53,279 bases of DNA from an uncultured Candidatus Saccharibacteria bacterium (GTDB taxonomy: Bacteria > Patescibacteriota > Minisyncoccia > UBA6257 > GWB1-50-10), in contig CAYUXY010000005.1 in NCBI GenBank assembly GCA_964449245.1, positions 1 to 53,279 on the forward strand. The letters are read 5' to 3'. The notes under the pieces are model-generated. The model searched no databases, was not told where the DNA came from, and saw only the letters and a list, made by a program, of their open reading frames with translations. Position 1 is the first letter of the stretch. Each line of letters opens with the position of its first letter. A program made the position numbers and the translations under genes. Below, in pieces: positions 36,104-45,043 of the stretch.

Positions 36104-36241
36104 AGTCCAAAAAGTTATTAGTTTTTAGTACTTAGTTATTAGTTTTTATAAAATACGAGTAGTAAATGCAATAGCAATGAGAAATGTTAGCATTTAACAT
36201 AGCCTAACAACTAACAACCAAAAACTAAAAACTAATTTTTG

Positions 36242-36314
36242 AGCCAATGGTCGGATTTGAACCGACGACCTACTCCTTACCATGGAGTTGCTCTACCAAC
36301 TGAGCTACATTGGC
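36242..36314 (-). tRNA. tRNA-Thr (anticodon GGU)
   Basis: GCCAATG TA GCTC AGTTGGTA GAGC A ACTCC ATGGTAA GGAGT AGGTC GTCGG TTCAAAT CCGAC CATTGGC T. Confidence 0.85.
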
Positions 36315-36395
36315 ATAACTAACTATTTACAAATAGCATCGGGATACGACTATCATATTCTAATTTTTCGTGGCAAAAAGTCCAGAAAAATTATG

Positions 36396-36467
36396 AGCCA
36401 GCGGAGGGGATTGAACCCACGACCTACTGTTTACAAAACAGTTGCTCTACCACTGAGCTACGCTGGC
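36396..36467 (-). tRNA. tRNA-Thr (anticodon UGU)
   Basis: GCCAGCG TA GCTC AGTGGTA GAGC A ACTGT TTTGTAA ACAGT AGGTC GTGGG TTCAATC CCCTC CGCTGGC T, with one T:T mismatch in the T stem. Confidence 0.8.
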
Positions 36468-36558
36468 GTAATTAACTATTTACAAATAACGAACGATCCG
36501 AATAAACAATCACATTCTAACAGACTTACTTGCCCTTCCGAAGTCTTGACGTAGGAGG

Positions 36559-36588
36559 GAGCTACGCTGGCGTAATTAACTATTTACA
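36559..36588 (-). repeat. Duplicate of the first 13 nt of tRNA-Thr(UGU) plus its 17-nt upstream region
   Basis: gagctacgctggcgtaattaactatttaca at 36559-36588 is identical (30 of 30 nt) to 36455-36484. The similarity continues with a small indel to about 36602. Confidence 0.8.
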
Positions 36589-36666
36589 GGTAACAAATAA
36601 CATGCTGAAGCAGACACTTCAAACAAAACACTATCACAACAACACGCATTATCATACTTAAAAAAA

Positions 36667-36691
36667 ATCCGCCTTTCAACAACTGGCGGAT
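36667..36691 (-). terminator. Rho-independent terminator after ftsZ
   Basis: Stem atccgcc / ggcggat. On the minus strand it is followed by tttttttt. Confidence 0.65.
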
Positions 36692-36726
36692 GCCACATTT
36701 TTTTTAAAAATGCCAGAATATCCAGC

Positions 36727-37977
36727 CTAACGTCTCTTTTTACGCAAAAACGCGGGAATTTCCCATGGCTCCGATTGATCTATAGATGTTTTTGGCTCCT
36801 TCGTTTTTTCCTTTTTTTCCGCAACATCATTTTGGACATTGTCCGCTTTCTTATCTGAAATTTTTGGAACATCCGGACTTTCCGAATGCTTTTCGCCTTC
36901 ACCAAAAAACAGGTTTTGCGTAAGACGAGGAACAGACACTACCCCGCTGAACCCTGTCGCCACAACGGTAACTTTCAAACTTTTTTCTTTGAGACTTTTA
37001 TCGTAGTATGCGCCAAAAATAACGCGCGCATTTGGATCCAGACTTGATGTTACGGCCTTTGCGATATCGTTTATTTCAGACATCTTTAAATCTTTTCCTC
37101 CTGCCGCCGTAAACAAAACTCCCTTTGCTCCGTCTATTGCCACCTCCAAAAGTGGCGAATGTAGCGCATCGTTTACGGCTTTCACACTTCTCTCTTGTCC
37201 AACACCATAACCTATACCTATTAACGTAGTGCCCGCATCTTTTAAAATCGCTTTTACATCGGCAAAATCAACGTTAATAATTCCCGGAACATTGACGAGC
37301 TCCGTAACGGCAAGAACCGCCTGCTTTAGAATATCATCGACAAAACCGAACGCCTTTACAATTGATGTCTCCTTATCTATTAGGCTGAAAATGCGGTCAT
37401 TCGGAATAACTATAAGCGAATCTACCTTATCTTTTATGCGGTGCAATCCATCTTGCGCTATAGACGATCTCTGCGCGCCCTCAAACGAAAATGGCTTCGT
37501 AACCATAGCAACGGTTAATATGCCCTTTTCTTTGGAAATTTCGGAAACAACGGAAGAACCGAGTGTTCCTGTACCGCCACCCATGCCGGCAGTAATAAAA
37601 ACGACATCTGCGCCATCTAAGGCTTCGCCTATTTCAGATCTGTTTTCTTCCGCCGCCTGCTTCCCTATCTCAGGATTCATTCCGGCTCCGAGACCTTTTG
37701 TTAAAGCCCTTCCTATGTATATTTTTTTGTGCGCTGACACTCTGTCCAAATCTTGAGCGTCAGTATTAATCGCGATAAATTCCACTCCCTTCATCCTATC
37801 GCCTTCCATCATTCTGGAAATTATTTTCCCTCCAGCTCCACCAATACCGATTACTTTTACGCTGGCTATTGGAGCGCGAGAAATCATCTTCGATGCATTA
37901 GAACGATGCGCAGATCTCTGACGCTGTGGTTTCGATGATTTATGAAAATTAGTTTTTTTGTTGTCTTGCTTTTTCAT
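36727..37977 (-). CDS. ftsZ: Cell division protein FtsZ
   Basis: VIGIGGAGG, tubulin signature GMGGGTGTLGSSVV, NTDAQ. It has a basic N-terminal extension and a C-terminal IPAFLRKKRR peptide. Confidence 0.95.
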   Translation of the reverse strand: MKKQDNKKTNFHKSSKPQRQRSAHRSNASKMISRAPIASVKVIGIGGAGGKIISRMMEGDRMKGVEFIAINTDAQDLDRVSAHKKIYIGRALTKGLGAGMNPEIGKQAAEENRSEIGEALDGADVVFITAGMGGGTGTLGSSVVSEISKEKGILTVAMVTKPFSFEGAQRSSIAQDGLHRIKDKVDSLIVIPNDRIFSLIDKETSIVKAFGFVDDILKQAVLAVTELVNVPGIINVDFADVKAILKDAGTTLIGIGYGVGQERSVKAVNDALHSPLLEVAIDGAKGVLFTAAGGKDLKMSEINDIAKAVTSSLDPNARVIFGAYYDKSLKEKSLKVTVVATGFSGVVSVPRLTQNLFFGEGEKHSESPDVPKISDKKADNVQNDVAEKKEKTKEPKTSIDQSEPWEIPAFLRKKRR

Positions 37978-37983
37978 TTTAGT

Positions 37984-39204
37984 TTAAGGAATAAAGTTTT
38001 TGAAAAAATTTTTGACGGCTCCGCCGAAACCTTCCGAGCGTTCCTTATCGCCGACATCTCCGGCATTTACGAGTCCGAGAGCGGTCGCAAATTCCGGATC
38101 GTCAAGCAATTCTTTGTGAGCCGGATTCAATATTTCAAAACGCTCAAGATCAGGAAACCCTATTTGTACATGGAATCGCATCTCTTGTTTTACGAGATCC
38201 GCTATACCCGGAAGTTTAGTTCCTCCACCCGTAATCACTATTCCTGCAGGCAATTGCACGCTTCTGCCAAGTGATTTGATTTCATTATTTACGAGTTCCA
38301 ATATTTCCGCAAGCCGAACCTCTATGATCTCGGCAATAAACCTTTTTGAGGCTTCGCCTTTATTTAATGGATCAAATTCTGCAAGCTGTACCACATCTTT
38401 TCTCCCAACTTCCTTTGCGAGCGCATATCCGTAAGTCAGTTTTATTTTCTCAGCAGAATCAAATGCGACGCGAAGTCCCATGGCAATATCGTTTGTGATA
38501 TGACGTGTTCCTATTGGAATACTTTTTGCATAGGTAACTTTATTTTCTTCATAAATTACAAAAGAAGTTGTATCAAAACCGAAATCTATCATAAGAACTC
38601 CGAGTTCTTTTTGTTTCTTCGTAAGCACGGAGTTTGCGGACGCAAGCGGATTAAAAATAAATCCATTTACACGAACACCAACACGCTCAAGTGTTTTCAA
38701 AAGAAGCGTAACCTGCGGGGTAAATGCCTCCACAACAAGCGTGCTGACTTCCAAGCGATTGCCCGTCATACCTATTGGATCATGAATGTCGCCGACATCA
38801 TCAACAAAAAATTCTCTGGTAATATTGTGCACTACCATATAATTTGGCTGAAGTTTCACTGCCTGCGAGGCTTGAATAACTCTGTCTACGTCGTCTTGCT
38901 GAATCTCACGATCTGCGCGAGCCACAGCCGCAATACCGCGAGAATTTCTAACTCTGATGTGCTCGCTGTTTATATTTACAAAAACATTTTGCGTAACTTT
39001 TCTTGAAATGTTTTGGAGGTCTAATGCTAAATCACGCAAAACTTGCGTGGCATCTTCAGAGTCTTGCAAAACTCCCTTGTGAAATCCCGCCGATGGCTGT
39101 TTCACGACAGCAAGAACTGAAGGCTGTCCGTTTTTTTTCTTTTCGACAACAACGGCTTTTATTTGCGATGAACCTATATCTAATCCGGTTATGGTGTATG
39201 GCAT
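37984..39204 (-). CDS. ftsA: Cell division protein FtsA
   Basis: TGLDIGSSQIKAVV, MIDFGFDTTSFVIY and VITGGGTKLPGI. Lies directly upstream of ftsZ. Confidence 0.9.
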   Translation of the reverse strand: MPYTITGLDIGSSQIKAVVVEKKKNGQPSVLAVVKQPSAGFHKGVLQDSEDATQVLRDLALDLQNISRKVTQNVFVNINSEHIRVRNSRGIAAVARADREIQQDDVDRVIQASQAVKLQPNYMVVHNITREFFVDDVGDIHDPIGMTGNRLEVSTLVVEAFTPQVTLLLKTLERVGVRVNGFIFNPLASANSVLTKKQKELGVLMIDFGFDTTSFVIYEENKVTYAKSIPIGTRHITNDIAMGLRVAFDSAEKIKLTYGYALAKEVGRKDVVQLAEFDPLNKGEASKRFIAEIIEVRLAEILELVNNEIKSLGRSVQLPAGIVITGGGTKLPGIADLVKQEMRFHVQIGFPDLERFEILNPAHKELLDDPEFATALGLVNAGDVGDKERSEGFGGAVKNFFKNFIP

Positions 39205-39221
39205 AAAAACAAAATATTTAA

Positions 39222-39662
39222 CTACTCAAAGTTCAAAGAAAAAATCTTTTCTTCTTCCTTTTCCATTATCATTCTATCATTCTTTCTTCTGTGAACATAT
39301 CCCAAAAGATGGAGTGTCCCGTGTATAGTAAGAAAAGCTACATCTTCTTCTTTTTTTTCTATAAAACGCGGAGCGAGATATATTTGCCCTATCTCAAAAA
39401 TTCCTCGTTTTGTCTCCGGATGCGGAAAGCGATCGGGAGATTCGAAGCTTAAAATATTTGTAACGTTATCTTTATTTCTTGTTTCTTTGTTTAACTTTCG
39501 CATTGAAGAATCCGTTATAAGAAAAATAGAAACCGCCGTGCCAACACGAGCCTTTTCAAAAAAAAGCGCCGCTCTGGCGGCTTGTGCCGTTCTGTTCACA
39601 TAAGAACAAAACTGCTCTGCTTCACAAAAAACTGACACTTTATACTTGTTTTTTTTATCCAT
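39222..39662 (-). CDS. ybeY: rRNA maturation endoribonuclease YbeY
   Basis: LTIHGTLHLLGYVH zinc-binding H-x3-H-x5-H motif; 146 aa. Confidence 0.85.
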   Translation of the reverse strand: MDKKNKYKVSVFCEAEQFCSYVNRTAQAARAALFFEKARVGTAVSIFLITDSSMRKLNKETRNKDNVTNILSFESPDRFPHPETKRGIFEIGQIYLAPRFIEKKEEDVAFLTIHGTLHLLGYVHRRKNDRMIMEKEEEKIFSLNFE

Positions 39663-39677
39663 TAAAAAGCTCTAATG

Positions 39678-40160
39678 TCAGCTAAACATCTGCGACAATT
39701 TGTCTTTAATTTTCAAACTGATTTCAGAAGCATCCGCCGAACCATGTAATCTTTTCAGAGATTCTCCCACAACCTTTCCAAAATCTTTCATACTCTGAGG
39801 ATTAACTGAATTAATAGATTCTAAAATAGCGACATTTATATCTTCTTCGGTTGCGCGGGGAGGAAGATATTTTTCAATGACAGCCCGTTCAGCATCTTCC
39901 TTATCCGCAAGGTCTTTTCTCCCGCCGGATAAAAAAGCAACAGAAGACTCCTTGCGCTTCTTTGCTTCTTTTGAAATAACGCCGATAACTTCTTCTTCGG
40001 TTAGAGTATCTCCGTTACCACACCCTCTCTTTTCTATAACCTTTGCATTTATTGCGGCGATAAGCATACGGAGAGTACCGGTTTCAAGAATCGCCCTATT
40101 TTTCATAGCAGACGCTAAATCGCTATGAATTGTTTTTTCCAGAGACTGTTCCTGTTCCAT
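39678..40160 (-). CDS. yqeY: GatB/YqeY-domain protein
   Basis: DLASAMKNR...LRMLIAAI...EEEVIGVISKEAKKRKES...YLP; in the usual rpsU-yqeY-ybeY context. Confidence 0.75.
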   Translation of the reverse strand: MEQEQSLEKTIHSDLASAMKNRAILETGTLRMLIAAINAKVIEKRGCGNGDTLTEEEVIGVISKEAKKRKESSVAFLSGGRKDLADKEDAERAVIEKYLPPRATEEDINVAILESINSVNPQSMKDFGKVVGESLKRLHGSADASEISLKIKDKLSQMFS

Positions 40161-40359
40161 ATTTTCTCGCAGTCTTTATTTCGCCCTGTTTTTGCACGCG
40201 ATACAAAGCCGACTGTCTTCTTTTATTTTTATTTATGGATCTATCCTGAAAACGGCGCTTTCTTACTTCACGCACAATACCGCTATTCCTGATTTTTTTA
40301 TTGAATCGGAAAATAAAAGATCCTACGTGCTCCCCTTCTTTTTTATCTACTTGGATCAT
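40123..40359 (-). CDS. rpsU: 30S ribosomal protein S21
   Basis: FRFNKKIRNSGIVREVRKRRFQDRSINKNKRRQSA. Its 3' end overlaps the yqeY start by 38 nt. Confidence 0.8.
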   Translation of the reverse strand: MIQVDKKEGEHVGSFIFRFNKKIRNSGIVREVRKRRFQDRSINKNKRRQSALYRVQKQGEIKTARKYGTGTVSGKNNS

Positions 40360-40519
40360 AAATTTATAATTCGAATTTTTGTCTTTTTTTGAATCGACTA
40401 TTTTTGACTTTTGCGATGTTTATTACTTATTTTCATCCAACTGCCAGCAAAAACAGTTTCTCTCGAAGTTGGCATTATGTCAAACAAACCGGCTGTTTTT
40501 ATGGCAATTGCCCCATTTC

Positions 40520-41833
40520 CTACATTTCTTTCAGTCTCTTTTTTACAATGTCCGTCATTTGATTAATCGTAACGGTTTCTTGAGCTCCTGTCTGCATATC
40601 ACGAACTATTACAGACTCTTCATATACCTCCTTTTGACCAAGTAAAAGCACCATAGGCACCTTCATCCGCTCCGCTGTTTTTAACTGCACCTTAAGCGAT
40701 TTTTTACCTAATGCCTCAATTGTTCCTATGCCAGAATCTCTTAAGAGAGTTAAAAGTCTCACGCTCGCTTTTTTGGCATGATCGCCTATCGCTATGAAAA
40801 AAACTTTTGGCTTTTCTTTGTGCCCTCCGTTCGCGCACATTTTTAGCGTCTCGGCTATTCTATCGAGGAAAACAATTCCTCCGACGGCGGGCACGGCTCT
40901 GCCACCAAAAGATTCCGCTAAATAATCAAATCGGCCACCGACAGCGAGACGTGCGCCGGACTGCGAATAAATCGAGAAAACTATTCTGTTCCAGATATTG
41001 CCACCTCTTATAAGATTCGGATCAAGCTCATATAAAATATTATCCTCCTCAAGTATTTCAATGAGAGATTTAAAATGGTTGTTACAATTCTGACAAAGAT
41101 AGTCGAGTATTATTGGAGCTGACGCGCGAAGTTCTTTACACTTTTCGTCATCGCATGCCAAAAAAGAAGCGAACGCTCCGGAACGCAAACATTTCTTACA
41201 AAGATTATCTTTTTGTTTCACACAAAAAGAGCGTATTTTATCCTGATATTGTCCGCGACACGTGCGACATCCATTTGTGTTAATTTTAAGAACAGTTTTC
41301 TTTATTTTCAGAAGTTTCAAAAAATGCATCATGGACTCGATAATTTCAACGTCATAAACAGGATCGTTATCGCCTATGACAGTAAATCCAAGCTCATTAA
41401 ACTCCCCCTCAAATTCGTCGTCGGAAGTTTTTGTTTTTATAAACGAAGAACCACAGAAAAACGCTTTGAGTGGAGAAGAAAAATATCCGAGATGATTCGT
41501 TATATAACTCCTCAGTATTGGAAAAAGACCGGTAGGGCGTAAAATCAATCGCTCTTTCGCGCCACTCTTTATTGAATACCAATGGACATCGGAAAAATTT
41601 TTATCCTTCCCGAGAGCCTTTTCAAAAAATGTAGCACTCTCTACCGCCGGCGTATGCATAAAATGAAAACCGTGCAAATCGGCTATAGACGAGCTCGCTT
41701 TTCTGATTTCATTCCAAATCTCCGAGTCTTTAGGAGAGACATCGCTAAATCCCTTATTTATAAATCCGCTTACTGCTTTTTCAATTTTTGGACCCTTTTT
41801 AACAGAAGGGGTTTTATTTATAGCCTTTGGCAT
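40520..41833 (-). CDS. hisS: Histidyl-tRNA synthetase family protein with divergent catalytic motifs
   Basis: LRPTGL (canonical LRPEGT), AVGGRFDYLAESFGGRAVPAVGG (GGRYD/motif 3), a Cys-rich insertion domain (CRTC...CKKC...CQNC) and a C-terminal anticodon-binding-like domain. The motif 2 region reads FIKTKTSDDEFEGEFNE. Confidence 0.65.
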   Translation of the reverse strand: MPKAINKTPSVKKGPKIEKAVSGFINKGFSDVSPKDSEIWNEIRKASSSIADLHGFHFMHTPAVESATFFEKALGKDKNFSDVHWYSIKSGAKERLILRPTGLFPILRSYITNHLGYFSSPLKAFFCGSSFIKTKTSDDEFEGEFNELGFTVIGDNDPVYDVEIIESMMHFLKLLKIKKTVLKINTNGCRTCRGQYQDKIRSFCVKQKDNLCKKCLRSGAFASFLACDDEKCKELRASAPIILDYLCQNCNNHFKSLIEILEEDNILYELDPNLIRGGNIWNRIVFSIYSQSGARLAVGGRFDYLAESFGGRAVPAVGGIVFLDRIAETLKMCANGGHKEKPKVFFIAIGDHAKKASVRLLTLLRDSGIGTIEALGKKSLKVQLKTAERMKVPMVLLLGQKEVYEESVIVRDMQTGAQETVTINQMTDIVKKRLKEM

Positions 41834-41854
41834 ATTTATTTTTCTTATTGTTCT

Positions 41855-42394
41855 TTAATATTCGGGCGCTGTAAATGCGCGAACTTCGTCTATCGGCCAT
41901 AAACGCAGACGGACAGATCCGATAATGTCGTTAGCCGGAAGCGGTCCCCAACTGCGAGAATCGAAACTAAAATTTCTATTGTCTCCCATAACAAAATATT
42001 CTTCATCAGAAAGCGTAATTTCAAAAGAACCTTGAGTGAAACGCCCTCTCAAGTACGACTCATCAAGTTTAATTTCCTGATCGCCGTTAAAAATCGTTAT
42101 CGCTCCGCGATCTAATATTATTCGCTCGCCGGGCAAACCTATAATACGTTTTATATAAAAAGATTTTTCGTCTCCGGGGTATTTGAATACTATTACCTCT
42201 CCGCGCTCAGGCGACCTAAATCTGTACGTCAACTCATCTATTAATAGATAATTACCGTTATAGAATGTTGGCTCCATACTCGCTCCGCTAACAACAAAGG
42301 GCTGTATTATAAATGCGCGCACCAAAACAACGGCAATAACGGCAACGGCTACCGTCTCAATAATTTCGAACAATGACCACAAAATTTTCTTCAT
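41855..42394 (-). CDS. lepB: Signal peptidase I
   Basis: SGASMEPTF (Ser box), YIKRIIGLPGE (Lys box) and GDNRNFSFDSRSWG. Confidence 0.9.
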   Translation of the reverse strand: MKKILWSLFEIIETVAVAVIAVVLVRAFIIQPFVVSGASMEPTFYNGNYLLIDELTYRFRSPERGEVIVFKYPGDEKSFYIKRIIGLPGERIILDRGAITIFNGDQEIKLDESYLRGRFTQGSFEITLSDEEYFVMGDNRNFSFDSRSWGPLPANDIIGSVRLRLWPIDEVRAFTAPEY

Positions 42395-42439
42395 GGCTTA
42401 TTTTTATAGAAAACAACAAATGATTATGCGATAATTGTA

Positions 42440-42991
42440 TTGAATATGATTAGAAAATTCAACAAGAGCGAAATATCGGTCGTCTTAGGCATCGGCAATC
42501 CAGACAAACAATATGCCGATACGTTTCATAATTTCGGAATAAAGTGCGTAGATTTAATAGCCAAAGAACTGGCCGGCGACATTAAATTTAAAAAACATTC
42601 ATCCGGATATTTTTTATATACAAAAGTTGGCGACTTAATCATCGCGAAATCATTAAAATATATGAACGAATCCGGAGTTGTAGCGAAAACAATTGCCTCT
42701 TTCTTTAAAATCCGTCCGGAAAATATCGCCGTTATACACGACGATTCCGATTTAATTATCGGGAACTGGAAAATAGACTTTGAAAGAAACTCCGCGGGAC
42801 ACAAAGGTGTAACTTCGATAATATCATCGCTCGGAACAAAAAAGTTCTGGAGATTTCGGATAGGTATTCGCCCTCAAAACGAGATTAAAAGGCAAAAGGC
42901 GGAAGTGTTCGTTTTATCTCGGGTAAAAGACAAAGATGCAAAGATACTGCATTCCATAACGAAAGAAATGATAGGAGTTTTAACGGATTAA
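42440..42991 (+). CDS. pth: Peptidyl-tRNA hydrolase
   Basis: VVLGIGNPDKQYADTFHNFG, HDDSDL, GHKGVTSI. Confidence 0.85.
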   Translation: MNMIRKFNKSEISVVLGIGNPDKQYADTFHNFGIKCVDLIAKELAGDIKFKKHSSGYFLYTKVGDLIIAKSLKYMNESGVVAKTIASFFKIRPENIAVIHDDSDLIIGNWKIDFERNSAGHKGVTSIISSLGTKKFWRFRIGIRPQNEIKRQKAEVFVLSRVKDKDAKILHSITKEMIGVLTD

Positions 42992-44514
42992 TCCGCATTC
43001 TCGATTCCGCTTAATGCGAAACTCAAGGTAAAACCAACCGAACCATCCGACAAATCCTTTACGTCAAGGAGCGGAACTGCAACGTTTATAAACCTTTTAT
43101 CTTCTATTAATTGATTTTTAAATGAGATTACGGATGCATTGTCCGGAGAAATTGCGGAAACACTTATTGGAGCAGTCTCGGAACTCGCAGAAATTTTTTG
43201 AATCGTTATATTGCGGGTTTTGGCAAGAGCAGTGAAATCTTCCATAAATTTATCCCAAAATAGTACATTCCTTTTTTCGCTTTGAAGAGCCGTCACGATC
43301 TCGTTAAAATTTGCGGATTTTTGCATCAGCGAGTTATATTCGGTTTGGTTAATCTGCGCTTTTGAAGACAGAATGTTTTGGCTGAGCATCGATTCTTGCG
43401 AAGACATAAATCCAAATGTCACCGCAAAAACCAGAAAGAAAAAACCAAAGATTATGGCAAATGCGTTTCGCCACAATCCGATAAATCCGAGTACGTGTTC
43501 TTCGAAGAAAAGGTCTTCCGATGTTTCTTTGTTCAGGTTGATATATGGCTCGTTTCTTCCCATACCAATACTTTCTCTCAGAGCCGATCCGAGAGCCACA
43601 TACCAAGATGAAGATATGTTATTCGCATCCATAACGAGAGGAGCCACATTAAAATCAAAATTTTTGGATATTACGCTTTTTACATTGTCTTCAAATCCGG
43701 GGGCGACAACCAACGCAAAATCAATTTTTACTTTAAATTTGCTAAGTGAAAAATTAACAACTTTTTTAACTTCCTCAACTATTACCTGATCAAATTTTTC
43801 TCTTGATATTTGGCTTTCTTCGCCCTGAATAGAGTGCCACGAACGGAAATAGTCAAAATGCAATCTGTTTTTTCTTATGATTGCGAGGTTGATGCCGTCG
43901 CTTGAAATCTGAAGCAAAATAACATTTTTTTCTTTTGTGTCAGCGGACCGCGAGATAAGACGGGCAATAGAAAGTGACGGAAATTCAAAAGCAACCGGAC
44001 GAAAATTGGCATCAATGAGCGCGGAACGAAATGCATCAATCACGGAACTTTCAACAAACGCACCCAGAAGATCATATTTATCCGCCTCATCTTCGAGCAT
44101 TTGCCAGCTCATATATGCCGTCTGCGGAGGAATCGGGGAAATCATCTGAAGATTCAGCATTGCAGAATCGTTTAATTTATCTTCTCCGACATTGGGAATA
44201 CTGAAACTCTGCGTGTATACTATCGCTCCGGGAATAGAAATAACCGCTTGTAATTTTTGATTCGGTTTGTCAGGTAAAATTGCGTCGTGTAGCGCCCTGA
44301 AAACGCTCGTCAATTGCGAGATATCTTCTATATGCCCGTCTTTTATAACCCCGGGCGGAAAACGAAATGAAAATGTTTTATAAGTTCCGGCTGAGACGCT
44401 TACATACTGAACTCCGAGATTGCTGATATGAATACCGCCAAGCTCCGGCTTGGAACTTAGCCGTTCAAAAAGAAAAATTATTTTTTGGAAAAATGGGGTT
44501 AATTTTTTTATCAT
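42988..44514 (-). CDS. Type IV pilus assembly PilM-like actin-fold protein fused to a TM segment and a PilN-like C-terminal region
   Basis: GGIHISNLGVQYVSV...PPGVIKDGHIEDISQLTSVF is PilM-like. An internal TM (FAIIFGFFFLVFAVTFGFM) follows, then a ~150-aa extracytoplasmic part. Confidence 0.45.
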   Translation of the reverse strand: MIKKLTPFFQKIIFLFERLSSKPELGGIHISNLGVQYVSVSAGTYKTFSFRFPPGVIKDGHIEDISQLTSVFRALHDAILPDKPNQKLQAVISIPGAIVYTQSFSIPNVGEDKLNDSAMLNLQMISPIPPQTAYMSWQMLEDEADKYDLLGAFVESSVIDAFRSALIDANFRPVAFEFPSLSIARLISRSADTKEKNVILLQISSDGINLAIIRKNRLHFDYFRSWHSIQGEESQISREKFDQVIVEEVKKVVNFSLSKFKVKIDFALVVAPGFEDNVKSVISKNFDFNVAPLVMDANNISSSWYVALGSALRESIGMGRNEPYINLNKETSEDLFFEEHVLGFIGLWRNAFAIIFGFFFLVFAVTFGFMSSQESMLSQNILSSKAQINQTEYNSLMQKSANFNEIVTALQSEKRNVLFWDKFMEDFTALAKTRNITIQKISASSETAPISVSAISPDNASVISFKNQLIEDKRFINVAVPLLDVKDLSDGSVGFTLSFALSGIENAD

Positions 44515-44521
44515 TGTTCCG

Positions 44522-44971
44522 TTATTCCACTTTTTCTTCCGAAATTGACTCGAGTTGAGATCTTCCTGTTACGGAATCAACCAAAAAACTCGATACAAGT
44601 TTTTTTTGTCTGCTTCCGGCATACCCGATACTTTCAATTGTAAATATATATTTACCGCTCGGAACATCCGTCTCACGACATACGCTGACAGATGCGGCAT
44701 CATCTCCAACAGGAACGGCATACGAATAAGGAGTGCTACAAGAAATAGAAATAAATTCTTTATTTTGCGATATTCTCATCATGGCATCGCGAAGACCTGA
44801 GTGCGCAGCCGCTCCGGCGCGCACAGACAAACGCTCTCCATATCCGGACGTGCTTAGAAAATAAGCGACGAACGATCCCGCAATTGCAATTTCAACAATA
44901 ATTCCGCCCACAAGAAGTATAAACGGAAGTGTCATTTGTCCTTTTCTGTTTTCTTCTTTGAGCGTATGCAT
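44522..44971 (-). CDS. Putative pilus-associated membrane protein (TadE/PilX-like N-terminus)
   Basis: KGQMTLPFILLVGGIIVEIAIAG, then AGAAAHSGLRDAMMRI. The prepilin Glu at +5 is absent, so this is not a canonical pilin. Confidence 0.3.
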   Translation of the reverse strand: MHTLKEENRKGQMTLPFILLVGGIIVEIAIAGSFVAYFLSTSGYGERLSVRAGAAAHSGLRDAMMRISQNKEFISISCSTPYSYAVPVGDDAASVSVCRETDVPSGKYIFTIESIGYAGSRQKKLVSSFLVDSVTGRSQLESISEEKVE

Positions 44972-44990
44972 TAATCATATCATATCAGAA

Positions 44991-45015
44991 AAAAGAAGGT
45001 GTTCCACCTTCTTTT
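44991..45015 (-). terminator. Rho-independent terminator after rplU
   Basis: Stem aaaagaaggtg / caccttctttt with loop ttc. A T-run follows on the minus strand. Confidence 0.6.
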
Positions 45016-45043
45016 ATAAGTAACGCTCGTCAAAAAAATACAA

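Noticed and set aside
36282-36554. 90-aa + ORF
   Set aside because: It runs antisense through two tRNA-Thr genes. Its sequence (for example ELLYQLSYIG) is simply tRNA complement read as protein.
40123-40160. 38-nt overlap between rpsU and yqeY as a possible frameshift or fusion
   Set aside because: Both proteins are complete and recognisable in their own frames. The overlap involves only a short non-conserved S21 tail and is compatible with ordinary compact-operon overlap or an ambiguous start.
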